A stretch of 64,000 nucleotides of DNA from Auanema rhodensis. Lineage: Eukaryota; Animalia; Nematoda. Shown one piece after another: positions 13,101-28,100 of the stretch. The notes beneath the pieces are model-generated. The model was not told where the DNA came from. It was given only the letters and a program-made list of their open reading frames with translations, and made no database searches. The position numbers and the translations under genes were made by a program. Location of the stretch: the NCBI GenBank assembly GCA_964057225.1, contig OZ059898.1, forward strand, positions 19,158,001-19,222,000, written 5' to 3'. Positions within the stretch are counted from its first letter, which is position 1; every line of letters starts with the position of its first letter.

Positions 13101-16100
13101 CTACTTTTTGCTAAATTATTCTGAAATTTTTCGAAAAAATTTTTGTCAAAATGTTTTTGGAAGCAATGTTGAGTGTACATGGAAACTCAACATACACTAA
13201 TGCATCATTTTTCAAACGATCATAACTAATTTTTGTATTAAGCGTTTCTCAATGTAGTATAGTGCATTCGATGCGGATTTTTAAGCTGCGTCGATCTGTG
13301 TTATCAGATTTGCGCTAGCTTAAAAATGCACCGAGATATCAACTGATATAAGTTCACACTTATATCCTCGATTTTCACCCTGAAGAATTAATTTTTTCGT
13401 TGAATAACATTGTCCATCGTCTTTGCCTTGAAAAAAGGAATCTAAAAACATCTACTTTTTGCTAAATTATTCTGAAATTTTTCGAAAAAATTTTTGTCAA
13501 AATGTTTTTGGAAGCAATGTTGAGTGAACATGGAAACTCGACATACACTAATGCATCATTTTTCAAACAATCATAACTAGTTTTTGTATTAAGCGTTTCT
13601 CAATGTAGTATAGTGCATTCGATGCGGATTTTTAAGCTGCGTCGATCTGTGTTATCAGATTTGCGCTAGCTTAAAAATGCACTGAGATATCAACTGATAT
13701 AAGTTCACACTTATATCCTCGATTTTCACCCTGAAGAATTAATTTTTTCGTTGAATAACATTGTCCATCGTCTTTGCCTTGAAAAACGAAATCTGAAAAC
13801 ATCTACTTTTTGCTAAATTATTCTGAAATTTTTCGAAAAAATTTTTGTCAAAATGTTTTTGGAAGCAATGTTGAGTGTACATGGAAACTCAACATACACT
13901 AATGCATCATTTTTCAAACGATCATAACTAATTTTTGTATTAAGCGTTTCTCAATGTAGTATAGTGCATTCGATGCGGATTTTTAAGCTGCGTCGATCTG
14001 TGTTATCAGATTTGCGCTAGCTTAAAAATGCACCGAGATATCAACTGATATAAGTTCACACTTATATCCTCGATTTTCACCCTGAAGAATTAATTTTTTC
14101 GTTGAATAACATTGTCCATCGTCTTTGCCTTGAAAAAAGGAATCTAAAAACATCTACTTTTTGCTAAATTATTTTGAAATTTTTCGAAAAAATTTTTGTC
14201 AAAATGTTTTTGGAAGCAATGTTGAGTGAACATGGAAACTCGACATACACTAATGCATCATTTTTCAAACAATCATAACTAGTTTTTGTATTAAGCGTTT
14301 CTCAATGTAGTATAGTGCATTCGATGCGGATTTTTAAGCTGCGTCGATCTGTGTTATCAGATTTGCGCTAGCTGAAAAATGCACCGAGATATCAACTGAT
14401 ATAAGTTCACACTTATATCCTCGATTTTCACCCTGAAGAATTAATTTTTTCGTTGAATAACATTGTCCATCGTCTTTGCCTTGAAAAACGAAATCTGAAA
14501 ACATCTACTTTTTGCTAAATTATTTTGAAATTTTTCGAAAAAATTTTTGTCAAAATGTTTTTGGAAGCAATGTTGAGTGAACATGGAAACTCGACATACA
14601 CTAATGCATCATTTTTCAAACAATCATAACTAATTTTTGTATTAAGCGTTTCTCAATGTAGTATAGTGCATTCGATGCGGATTTTTAAGCTGCGTCGATC
14701 TGTGTTATCAGATTTGCGCTAGCTTAAAAATGCACCGAGATATCAACTGATATAAGTTCACACTTATATCCTCGATTTTCACCCTGAAGAATTAATTTTT
14801 TCGTTGAATAACATTGTCCATCGTCTTTGCCTTGGAAAAAGGAATCTAAAAACATCTACTTTTTGCTAAATTATTCTGAAATTTTTCGAAAAAATTTTTG
14901 TCAAAATGTTTTTGGAAGCAATGTTGAGTGTACATGGAAACTCAACATACACTAATGCATCATTTTTCAAACGATCATAACTAATTTTTGTATTAAGCGT
15001 TTCTCAATGTAGTATAGTGCATTCGATGCGGATTTTTAAGCTGCGTCGATCTGTGTTATCAGATTTGCGCTAGCTTAAAAATGCACCGAGATATCAACTG
15101 ATATAAGTTCACACTTATATCCTCGATTTTCACCCTGAAGAATTAATTTTTTCGTTGAATAACATTGTCCATCGTCTTTGCCTTGAAAAACGAAATCTGA
15201 AAACATCTACTTTTTGCTAAATTATTCTGAAATTTTTCGAAAAAATTTTTGTCAAAATGTTTTTGGAAGCAATGTTGAGTGTACATGGAAACTCAACATA
15301 CACTAATGCATCATTTTTCAAACGATCATAACTAATTTTTGTATTAAGCGTTTCTCAATGTAGTATAGTGCATTCGATGCGGATTTTTAAGCTGCGTCGA
15401 TCTGTGTTATCAGATTTGCGCTAGCTTAAAAATGCACCGAGATATCAACTGATATAAGTTCACACTTATATCCTCGATTTTCACCCTGAAGAATTAATTT
15501 TTTCGTTGAATAACATTGTCCATCGTCTTTGCCTTGAAAAAAGGAATCTGAAAACATCTACTTTTTGCTAAATTATTTTGAAATTTTTCGAAAAAATTTT
15601 TGTCAAAATGTTTTTGGAAGCAATGTTGAGTGTACATGGAAACTCAACATACACTAATGCATCATTTTTCAAACGATCATAACTAATTTTTGTATTAAGC
15701 GTTTCTCAATGTAGTATAGTGCATTCGATGCGGATTTTTAAGCTGCGTCGATCTGTGTTATCAGATTTGCGCTAGCTTAAAAATGCACCGAGATATCAAC
15801 TGATATAAGTTCACACTTATATCCTCGATTTTCACCCTGAAGAATTAATTTTTTCGTTGAATAACATTGTCCATCGTCTTTGCCTTGAAAAAAGGAATCT
15901 AAAAACATCTACTTTTTGCTAAATTATTCTGAAATTTTTTGAAAAAATTTTTGTCAAAATGTTTTTGGAAGCAATGTTGAGTGTACATGGAAACTCAACA
16001 TACACTAATGCATCATTTTTCAAACGATCATAACTAATTTTTGTATTAAGCGTTTCTCAATGTAGTATAGTGCATTCGATGCGGATTTTTAAGCTGCGTC

Positions 16101-19100
16101 GATCTGTGTTATCAGATTTGCGCTAGCTTAAAAATGCACCGAGATATCAACTGATATAAGTTCACACTTATATCCTCGATTTTCACCCTGAAGAATTAAT
16201 TTTTTCGTTGAATAACATTGTCCATCGTCTTTGCCTTGAAAAACGAAATCTGAAAACATCTACTTTTTGCTAAATTATTCTGAAATTTTTCGAAAAAATT
16301 TTTGTCAAAATGTTTTTGGAAGCAATGTTGAGTGTACATGGAAACTCAACATACACTAATGCATCATTTTTCAAACGATCATAACTAATTTTTGTATTAA
16401 GCGTTTCTCAATGTAGTATAGTGCATTCGATGCGGATTTTTAAGCTGCGTCGATCTGTGTTATCAGATTTGCGCTAGCTTAAAAATGCACCGAGATATCA
16501 ACTGATATAAGTTCACACTTATATCCTCGATTTTCACCCTGAAGAATTAATTTTTTCGTTGAATAACATTGTCCATCGTCTTTGCCTTGAAAAAAGGAAT
16601 CTAAAAACATCTACTTTTTGCTAAATTATTCTGAAATTTTTCGAAAAAATTTTTGTCAAAATGTTTTTGGAAGCAATGTTGAGTGAACATGGAAACTCGA
16701 CATACACTAATGCATCATTTTTCAAACAATCATAACTAGTTTTTGTATTAAGCGTTTCTCAATGTAGTATAGTGCATTCGATGCGGATTTTTAAGCTGCG
16801 TCGATCTGTGTTATCAGATTTGCGCTAGCTTAAAAATGCACTGAGATATCAACTGATATAAGTTCACACTTATATCCTCGATTTTCACCCTGAAGAATTA
16901 ATTTTTTCGTTGAATAACATTGTCCATCGTCTTTGCCTTGAAAAACGAAATCTGAAAACATCTACTTTTTGCTAAATTATTCTGAAATTTTTCGAAAAAA
17001 TTTTTGTCAAAATGTTTTTGGAAGCAATGTTGAGTGTACATGGAAACTCAACATACACTAATGCATCATTTTTCAAACGATCATAACTAATTTTTGTATT
17101 AAGCGTTTCTCAATGTAGTATAGTGCATTCGATGCGGATTTTTAAGCTGCGTCGATCTGTGTTATCAGATTTGCGCTAGCTTAAAAATGCACCGAGATAT
17201 CAACTGATATAAGTTCACACTTATATCCTCGATTTTCACCCTGAAGAATTAATTTTTTCGTTGAATAACATTGTCCATCGTCTTTGCCTTGAAAAAAGGA
17301 ATCTAAAAACATCTACTTTTTGCTAAATTATTTTGAAATTTTTCGAAAAAATTTTTGTCAAAATGTTTTTGGAAGCAATGTTGAGTGAACATGGAAACTC
17401 GACATACACTAATGCATCATTTTTCAAACAATCATAACTAGTTTTTGTATTAAGCGTTTCTCAATGTAGTATAGTGCATTCGATGCGGATTTTTAAGCTG
17501 CGTCGATCTGTGTTATCAGATTTGCGCTAGCTTAAAAATGCACCGAGATATCAACTGATATAAGTTCACACTTATATCCTCGATTTTCACCCTGAAGAAT
17601 TAATTTTTTCGTTGAATAACATTGTCCATCGTCTTTGCCTTGAAAAACGAAATCTGAAAACATCTACTTTTTGCTAAATTATTTTGAAATTTTTCGAAAA
17701 AATTTTTGTCAAAATGTTTTTGGAAGCAATGTTGAGTGAACATGGAAACTCGACATACACTAATGCATCATTTTTCAAACAATCATAACTAATTTTTGTA
17801 TTAAGCGTTTCTCAATGTAGTATAGTGCATTTGATGCGGATTTTTAAGCTGCGTCGATCTGTGTTATCAGATTTGCGCTAGTTTAAAAATGCACCGAGAT
17901 ATCAACTGATATAAGTTCACACTTATATCCTCGATTTTCACCCTGAAGAATTAATTTTTTCGTTGAATAACATTGTCCATCGTCTTTGCCTTGAAAAAAG
18001 GAATCTGAAAACATCTACTTTTTGCTAAATTATTTTGAAATTTTTCGAAAAAATTTTTGTCAAAATGTTTTTGGAAGCAATGTTGAGTGTACATGGAAAC
18101 TCAACATACACTAATGCATCATTTTTCAAACGATCATAACTAATTTTTGTATTAAGCGTTTCTCAATGTAGTATAGTGCATTCGATGCGGATTTTTAAGC
18201 TGCGTCGATCTGTGTTATCAGATTTGCGCTAGCTTAAAAATGCACCGAGATATCAACTGATATAAGTTCACACTTATATCCTCGATTTTCACCCTGAAGA
18301 ATTAATTTTTTCGTTGAATAACATTGTCCATCGTCTTTGCCTTGGAAAAAGGAATCTAAAAACATCTACTTTTTGCTAAATTATTCTGAAATTTTTCGAA
18401 AAAATTTTTGTCAAAATGTTTTTGGAAGCAATGTTGAGTGTACATGGAAACTCAACATACACTAATGCATCATTTTTCAAACGATCATAACTAATTTTTG
18501 TATTAAGCGTTTCTCAATGTAGTATAGTGCATTCGATGCGGATTTTTAAGCTGCGTCGATCTGTGTTATCAGATTTGCGCTAGCTTAAAAATGCACCGAG
18601 ATATCAACTGATATAAGTTCACACTTATATCCTCGATTTTCACCCTGAAGAATTAATTTTTTCGTTGAATAACATTGTCCATCGTCTTTGCCTTGAAAAA
18701 CGAAATCTGAAAACATCTACTTTTTGCTAAATTATTTTGAAATTTTTCGAAAAAATTTTTGTCAAAATGTTTTTGGAAGCAATGTTGAGTGTACATGGAA
18801 ACTCAACATACACTAATGCATCATTTTTCAAACGTTCATAACTAATTTTTGTATTCAGCGTTTCTCAATGTAGTATAGTGCATTTGATGCGGATTTTTAA
18901 GCTGCGTCGATCTGTGTTATCAGATTTGCGCTAGTTTAAAAATGCACCGAGATATCAACTGATATAAGTTCACACTTATATCCTCGATTTTCAAACTGAA
19001 GAATTAATTTTTTCGTTGAATAACATTGTCCATCGTCTTTGCCTTGAAAAAAGGAATCTAAAAACACCTACTTCTTGCTAAATTATTTTGAAATTTTTCG

Positions 19101-22100
19101 AAAAAATTTTTGTCAAAATGTTTTTGGAAGCAATGTTGAGTGAACATGGAAACTCAACATACACTAATGCATCATTTTTCAAACAATCATAACTAATTTT
19201 TGTATCAAGCGTTTCTCAATGTAGTATAGTGCATTTGATGCGGATTTTTAAGCTGCGTCGATCTGTGTTATCAGATTTGCGCTAGTTTAAAAATGCACCG
19301 AGATATCAACTGATATAAGTTCACACTTATATCCTCGATTTTCACCCTGAAGAATTAATTTTTTCGTTGAATAACATTGTCCATCGTCTTTGCCTTGAAA
19401 AAAGGAATCTAAAAACATTTACTTTTTGCTAAATTATTCTGAAATTTTTCGAAAAAATTTTTGTCAAAATGTTTTTGGAAGCAATGTTGAGTGTACATGG
19501 AAACTCAACATACACTAATGCACCATTTTTCAAACGATCATAACTAATTTTTGTATTAAGCGTTTCTCAATGTAGTATAGTGCATTCGATGCGGATTTTT
19601 AAGCTGCGTCGATCTGTGTTATCAGATTCGCGCTAGCTTAAAAATGCACCGAGATATCAACTGATATAAGTTCACACTTATATCCTCGATTTTCACCCTG
19701 AAGAATTAATTTTTTCGTTGAATAACATTGTCCATCGTCTTTGCCTTGAAAAAAGAAATCTAAAAACATTTACTTTTTGCTAAATTATTCTGAAATTTTT
19801 CGAAAAAATTTTTGTCAAAATGTTTTTGGAAGCAATGTTGAGTGTACATGGAAACTCAACATACACTAATGCATCATTTTTCAAACGATCATAACTAATT
19901 TTTGTATTAAGCGTTTCTCAATGTAGTATAGTGCATTCGATGCGGATTTTTAAGCTGCGTCGATCTTTGTTATCAGATTTGCGCTAGCTTAAAAATGCAC
20001 CGAGATATCAACTGATATAAGTTCACACTTATATCCTCGATTTTCACCCTGAAGAATTAATTTTTTCGTTGAATAACATTGTCCATCGTCTTTGCCTTGA
20101 AAAAAGGAATCTAAAAACATTTACTTTTTGCTAAATTATTCTGAAATTTTTCGAAAAAATTTTTGTCAAAATGTTTTTGGAAGCAATGTTGAGTGTACAT
20201 GGAAACTCAACATACACTAATGCACCATTTTTCAAACGATCATAACTAATTTTTGTATTAAGCGTTTCTCAATGTAGTATAGTGCATTCGATGCGGATTT
20301 TTAAGCTGCGTCGATCTGTGTTATCAGATTTGCGCTAGCTTAAAAATGCACCGAGATATCAACTGATATAAGATCACACTTATATCCTCGATTTTCACCC
20401 TGAAGAATTAATTTTTTCGTTGAATAACATTGTCCATCGTCTTTGCCTTGAAAAAAGGAATCTAAAAACATCTACTTTTTGCTAAATTATTTTGAAATTT
20501 TTCGAAAAAAATTTTGTCAAAATGTTTTTGGAAGCAATGTTGAGTGAACATGGAAACTCGACATACACTAATGCATCATTTTTCAAACAATCATAACTAA
20601 TTTTTGTATTAAGCGTTTCTCAATGTAGTATAGTGCATTTGATGCGGATTTTTAAGCTGCGTCGATCTGTGTTATCAGATTTGCGCTAGTTTAAAAATGC
20701 ACCGAGATATCAACTGATATAAGTTCACACTTATATCCTCGATTTTCACCCTGAAGAATTAATTTTTTCGTTGAATAACATTGTCCATCGTCTTTGCCTT
20801 GAAAAAAGGAATCTAAAAACATTTACTTTTTGCTAAATTATTCTGAAATTTTTCGAAAAAATTTTTGTCAAAATGTTTTTGGAAGCAATGTTGAGTGTAC
20901 ATGGAAACTCAACATACACTAATGCACCATTTTTCAAACGATCATAACTAATTTTTGTATTAAGCGTTTCTCAATGTAGTATAGTGCATTCGATGCGGAT
21001 TTTTAAGCTGCGTCGATCTGTGTTATCAGATTTGCGCTAGCTTAAAAATGCACCGAGATATCAACTGATATAAGTTCACACTTATATCCTCGATTTTCAC
21101 CCTGAAGAAATAATTTTTTCGTTGAATAACATTGTCCATCGTCTTTGCCTTGAAAATAGGAATCTAAAAACATCTACTTTTTGCTAAATTATTCTGAAAT
21201 TTTTCGAAAAAATTTTTGTCAAAATGTTTTTGGAAGCAATGTTGAGTGTACATGGAAACTCAACATACACTAATGCACCATTTTTCAAACGATCATAACT
21301 AATTTTTGTATTAAGCGTTTCTCAATGTAGTATAGTGCATTCGATGCGGATTTTTAAGCTGCGTCGATCTGTGTTATCAGATTTGCGCTAGCTTAAAAAT
21401 GCACCGAGATATCAACTGATATAAGTTCACACTTATATCCTCGATTTTCACCCTGAAGAATTAATTTTTTCGTTGAATAACATTGTCCATCGTCTTTGCC
21501 TTGAAAAAAGGAATCTAAAAACATTTACTTTTTGCTAAATTATTCTGAAATTTTTCGAAAAAATTTTTGTCAAAATGTTTTTGGAAGCAATGTTGAGTGT
21601 ACATGGAAACTCAACATACACTAATGCATCATTTTTCAAACGTTCATAACTAATTTTTGTATTCAGCGTTTTTCAATGTAGTATAGTGCATTTGATGCGG
21701 ATTTTTAAGCTGCGTCGATCTGTGTTATCAGATTTGCGCTAGTTTAAAAATGCACCGAGATATCAACTGATATAAGTTCACACTTATATCCTCGATTTTC
21801 ACCCTGAAGAATTAATTTTTTCGTTGAATAACATTGTCCATCGTCTTTGCCTTGAAAAAAGGAATCTAAAAACATTTACTTTTTGCTAAATTATTCTGAA
21901 ATTTTTCGAAAAAATTTTTGTCAAAATGTTTTTGGAAGCAATGTTGAGTGTACATGGAAACTCAACATACACTAATGCACCATTTTTCAAACGATCAGAA
22001 CTAATTTTTGTATTAAGCGTTTCTCAATGTAGTATAGTGCATTCGATGCGGATTTTTAAGCTGCGTCGATCTGTGTTATCAGATTTGCGCTAGCTTAAAA

Positions 22101-25100
22101 ATGCACCGAGATATCAACTGATATAAGTTCACACTTATATCTTCGATTTTCACCCTGAAGAAATAATTTTTCCGTTGAATAACATTGTCCATCGTCTTTG
22201 CCTTGAAAAAAGGAATCTAAAAACATCTACTTTTTGCTAAATTATTTTGAAATTTTTCGAAAAAATTTTTGTCAAAATGTTTTTGGAAGCAATGTTGAGT
22301 GAACATGGAAACTCGACATACACTAATGCATCATTTTTCAAACAATCATAACTAATTTTTGTATTAAGCGTTTCCCAATGTAGTATAGTGCATTTGATGC
22401 GGATTTTTAAGCTGCGTCGATCTGTGTTATCAGATTTGCGCTAGTTTAAAAATGCACCGAGATATCAACTGATATAAGTTCACACTTATATCCTCGTTTT
22501 TCACCCTGAAGAATTAATTTTTTCGTTGAATAACATTGTCCATCGTCTTTGCCTTGAAAAAAGAAATCTAAAAACATTTACTTTTTGCTAAATTATTCTG
22601 AAATTTTTCGAAAAAATTTTTGTCAAAATGTTTTTGGAAGCAATGTTGAGTGTACATGGAAACTCAACATACACTAATGCACCATTTTTCAAACGATCAT
22701 AACTAATTTTTGTATTAAGCGTTTCTCAATGTAGTATAGTGCATTCGATGCGGATTTTTAAGCTGCGTCGATCTGTGTTATCAGATTTGCGCTAGCTTAA
22801 AAATGCACCGAGATATCAACTGATATAAGTTCACACTTATATCTTCGATTTTCACCCTGAAGAAATAATTTTTTCGTTGAATAACATTGTCCATCGTCTT
22901 TGCCTTGAAAAAAGGAATCTAAAAACATCTACTTTTTGCTAAATTATTTTGAAATTTTTCGAAAAAATTTTTGTCAAAATGTTTTTGGAAGCAATGTTGA
23001 GTGAACATGGAAACTCGACATACACTAATGCATCATTTTTCAAACAATCATAACTAATTTTTGTATTAAGCGTTTCCCAATGTAGTATAGTGCATTTGAT
23101 GCGGATTTTTAAGCTGCGTCGATCTGTGTTATCAGATTTGCGCTAGTTTAAAAATGCACCGAGATATCAACTGATATAAGTTCACACTTATATCCTCGAT
23201 TTTCACCCTGAAGAATTAATTTTTTCGTTGAATAACATTGTCCATCGTCTTTGCCTTGAAAAACGAAATCTGAAAACATCTACTTTTTGCTAAATTATTT
23301 TGAAATTTTTCGAAAAAATTTTTGTCAAAATGTTTTTGGAAGCAATGTTGAGTGTACATGGAAACTCAACATACACTAATGCATCATTTTTCAAACGTTC
23401 ATAACTAATTTTTGTATTCAGCGTTTTTCAATGTAGTATAGTGCATTTGATGCGGATTTTTAAGCTGCGTCGATCTGTGTTATCAGATTTGCGCTAGTTT
23501 AAAAATGCACCGAGATATCAACTGATATAAGTTCACACTTATATCCTCGATTTTCACCCTGAAGAATTAATTTTTTCGTTGAATAACATTGTCCATCGTC
23601 TTTGCCTTGAAAAAAGGAATCTAAAAACATCTACTTTTTGCTAAATTATTTTGAAATTTTTCGAAAAAATTTTTGTCAAAATGTTTTTGGAAGCAAGGTT
23701 GAGTGTACATGGAAACTCAACATACACTAATGCATCATTTTTCAAACGATCATAACTAATTTTTGTATTAAGCGTTTCTCAATGTAGTATAGTGCATTCG
23801 ATGCGGATTTTTAAGCTGCGTCGATCTGTGTTATCAGATTTGCGCTAGCTTAATGCACCGAGATATCAACTGATATAAGTTCACACTTATATCCTCGATT
23901 TTCACCCTGAAGAATTAATTTTTTCGTTGAATAACATTGTCCATCGTCTTTGCCTTGAAAAAAGGAATCTAAAAACATCTACTTTTTGCTAAATTATTTT
24001 GAAATTTTTCGAAAAAATTTTTGTCAAAATGTTTTTGGAAGCAATGTTGAGTGTACATGGAAACTCAACATACACTAATGCATCATTTTTCAAACGATCA
24101 TAACTAATTTTTGTATTAAGCGTTTCTCAATGTAGTATAGTGCATTCGATGCGGATTTTTAAGCTGCGTCGATCTGTGTTATCAGATTTGCGCTAGCTTA
24201 AAAATGCACCGAGATATCAACTGATATAAGTTCACACTTATATCCTCGATTTTCACCCTGAAGAATTAATTTTTTCGTTGAATAACATTGTCCATCGTCT
24301 TTGCCTTGAAAAAAGGAATCTAAAAACATCTACTTTTTGCTAAATTATTTTGAAATTTTTCGAAAAAATTTTTGTCAAAATGTTTTTGGAAGCAAGGTTG
24401 AGTGTACATGGAAACTCAACATACACTAATGCATCATTTTTCAAACGATCATAACTAATTTTTGTATTAAGCGTTTCTCAATGTAGTATAGTGCATTCGA
24501 TGCGGATTTTTAAGCTGCGTCGATCTGTGTTATCAGATTTGCGCTAGCTTAAAAATGCACCGAGATATCAACTGATATAAGTTCACACTTATATCCTCTA
24601 TTTTCACCCTGAAGAATTAATTTTTTCGTTGAATAACATTGTCCATCGTCTTTGCCTTGAAAAAAGGAATCTAAAAACATCTACTTTTTGCTAAATTATT
24701 TTGAAATTTTTCGAAAAAATTTTTGTCAAAATGTTTTTGGAAGCAAGGTTGAGTGTACATGGAAACTCAACATACACTAATGCATCATTTTTCAAACGAT
24801 CATAACTAATTTTTGTATTAAGCGTTTCTCAATGTAGTATAGTGCATTCGATGCGGATTTTTAAGCTGCGTCGATCTGTGTTATCAGATTTGCGCTAGCT
24901 TAAAAATGCACCGAGATATCAACTGATATAAGTTCACACTTATATCCTCGATTTTCACCCTGAAGAATTAATTTTTTCGTTGAATAACATTGTCCATCGT
25001 CTTTGCCTTGAAAAAAGGAATCTAAAAACATCTACTTTTTGCTAAATTATTTTGAAATTTTTCGAAAAAATTTTTGTCAAAATGTTTTTGGAAGCAAGGT

Positions 25101-28100
25101 TGAGTGTACATGGAAACTCAACATACAATAATGCATCATTTTTCAAACGATCATAACTAATTTTTGTATTAAGCGTTTCTCAATGTAGTATAGTGCATTC
25201 GATGCGGATTTTTAAGCTGCGTCGATCTGTGTTATCAGATTTGCGCTAGCTTAAAAATGCACCGAGATATCAACTGATATAAGTTCACACTTATATCCTC
25301 GATTTTCACCCTGAAGAATTAATTTTTTCGTTGAATAACATTGTCCATCGTCTTTGCCTTGAAAAAAGGAATCTAAAAACATCTACTTTTTGCTAAATTA
25401 TTTTGAAATTTTTCGAAAAAATTTTTGTCAAAATGTTTTTGGAAGCAATGTTGAGTGTACATGGAAACTCAACATACACTAATGCATCATTTTTCAAACG
25501 ATCATAACTAATTTTTGTATTAAGCGTTTCTCAATGTAGTATAGTGCATTCGATGCGGATTTTTAAGCTGCGTCGATCTGTGTTATCAGATTTGCGCTAG
25601 CTTAAAAATGCACCGAGATATCAACTGATATAAGTTCACACTTATATCCTCGATTTTCACCCTGAAGAATTAATTTTTTCGTTGAATAACATTGTCCATC
25701 GTCTTTGCCTTGAAAAAAGGAATCTAAAAACATCTACTTTTTGCTAAATTATTCTGAAATTTTTCGAAAAAATTTTTGTCAATATGTTTTTGGAAGCAAT
25801 GTTGAGTGTACATGGAAACTCAACATACACTAATGCATCATTTTTCAAACGTTCATAACTAATTTTTGTATTCAGCGTTTTTCAATGTAGTATAGTGCAT
25901 TTGATGCGGATTTTTAAGCTGCGTCGATCTGTGTTATCAGATTTGCGCTAGTTTAAAAATGCACCGAGATATCAACTGATATAAGTTCACACTTATATCC
26001 TCGATTTTCACCCTGAAGAATTAATTTTTTCGTTGAATAACATTGTCCATCGTCTTTGCCTTGAGAAAAGGAATCTAAAAACATTTACTTTTTGCTAAAT
26101 TATTCTGAAATTTTTCGAAAAAATTTTTGTCAAAATGTTTTTGGAAGCAATGTTGAGTGTACATGGAAACTCAACATACACTAATGCATCATTTTTCAAA
26201 CGATCATAACTAATTTTTGTATTAAGCGTTTCTCAATGTAGTATAGTGCATTCGATGCGGATTTTTAAGCTGCATCGATCTGTGTTATCAGATTTGCGCT
26301 AGCTTAAAAATGCACCGAGATATCAACTGATATAAGTTCACACTTATATCCTCGATTTTCACCCTGAAGAATTAATTTTTTCGTTGAATAACATTGTCCA
26401 TCGTCTTTGCCTTGAAAAAAGGAATCTAAAAACATCTACTTTTTGCTAAATTATTTTGAAATTTTTCGAAAAAATTTTTGTCAAAATGTTTTTGGAAGCA
26501 ATGTTGAGTGTACATGGAAACTCAACATACACTAATGCATCATTTTTCAAACGATCATAACTAATTTTTGTATTAAGCGTTTCTCAATGTAGTATAGTGC
26601 ATTCGATGCGGATTTTTAAGCTGCGTCGATCTGTGTTATCAGATTTGCGCTAGCTTAAAAATGCACCGAGATATCAACTGATATAAGTTCACACTTATAT
26701 CCTCGATTTTCACCCTGAAGAATCAATTTTTTCGTTGAATAACATTGTCCATCGTCTTTGCCTTGAAAAAAGGAATCTAAAAACATCTACTTTTTGCTAA
26801 ATTATTCTGAAATTTTTCGAAAAAATTTTTGTCAAAATGTTTTTGGAAGCAATGTTGAGTGTACATGGAAACTCAACATACACTAATGCATCATTTTTCA
26901 AACGATCATAACTAATTTTTGTATTAAGCGTTTCTCAATGTAGTATAGTGCATTCGATGCGGATTTTTAAGCTGCGTCGATCTGTGTTATCAGATTTGCG
27001 CTAGCTTAAAAATGCACCGAGATATCAACTGATATAAGTTCACACTTATATCCTCGATTTTCACCCTGAAGAATTAATTTTTTCGTTGAATAACATTGTC
27101 CATCGTCTTTGCCTTGAAAAACGAAATCTGAAAACATCTACTTTTTGCTAAATTATTTTGAAATTTTTCGAAAAAATTTTTGTCAAAATGTTTTTGGAAG
27201 CAATGTTGAGTGTACATGGAAACTCAACATACACTAATGCATCATTTTTCAAACGTTCATAACTAATTTTTGTATTCAGCGTTTCTCAATGTAGTATAGT
27301 GCATTTGATGCGGATTTTTAAGCTGCGTCGATCTGTGTTATCAGATTTGCGCTAGTTTAAAAATGCACCGAGATATCAACTGATATAAGTTCACACTTAT
27401 ATCCTCGATTTTCACCCTGAAGAATTAATTTTTTCGTTGAATAACATTGTCCATCGTCTTTGCCTTGAAAAACGAAATCTGAAAACATCTACTTTTTGCT
27501 AAATTATTTTGAAATTTTTCGAAAAAATTTTTGTCAAAATGTTTTTGGAAGCAATGTTGAGTGTACATGGAAACTCAACATACACTAATGCATCATTTTT
27601 CAAACGATCATAACTAATTTTTGTGTTAAGCGTTTCTCAATGTAGTATAGTGCATTTGATGCGGATTTTTAAGCTGCGTCGATCTGTGTTATCAGATTTG
27701 CGCTAGTTTAAAAATGCACCGAGATATCAACTGATATAAGTTCACACTTATATCCTCGATTTTCACCCTGAAGAATTAATTTTTTCGTTGAATAACATTG
27801 TCCATCGTCTTTGCCTTGAAAAACGAAATCTGCAAACATCTACTTTTTGCTAAATTATTTTGAAATTTTTCGAAAAAAGTTTTGTCAAAATGTTTTTGGA
27901 AGCAATGTTGAGTGTACATGGAAACTCAACATACACTAATGCATCATTTTTCAAACGTTCATAACTAATTTTTGTATTCAGCGTTTCTCAATGTAGTATA
28001 GTGCATTTGATGCGGATTTTTAAGCTGCGTCGATCTGTGTTATCAGATTTGCGCTAGTTTAAAAATGCACCGAGATATCAACTGATATAAGTTCACACTT

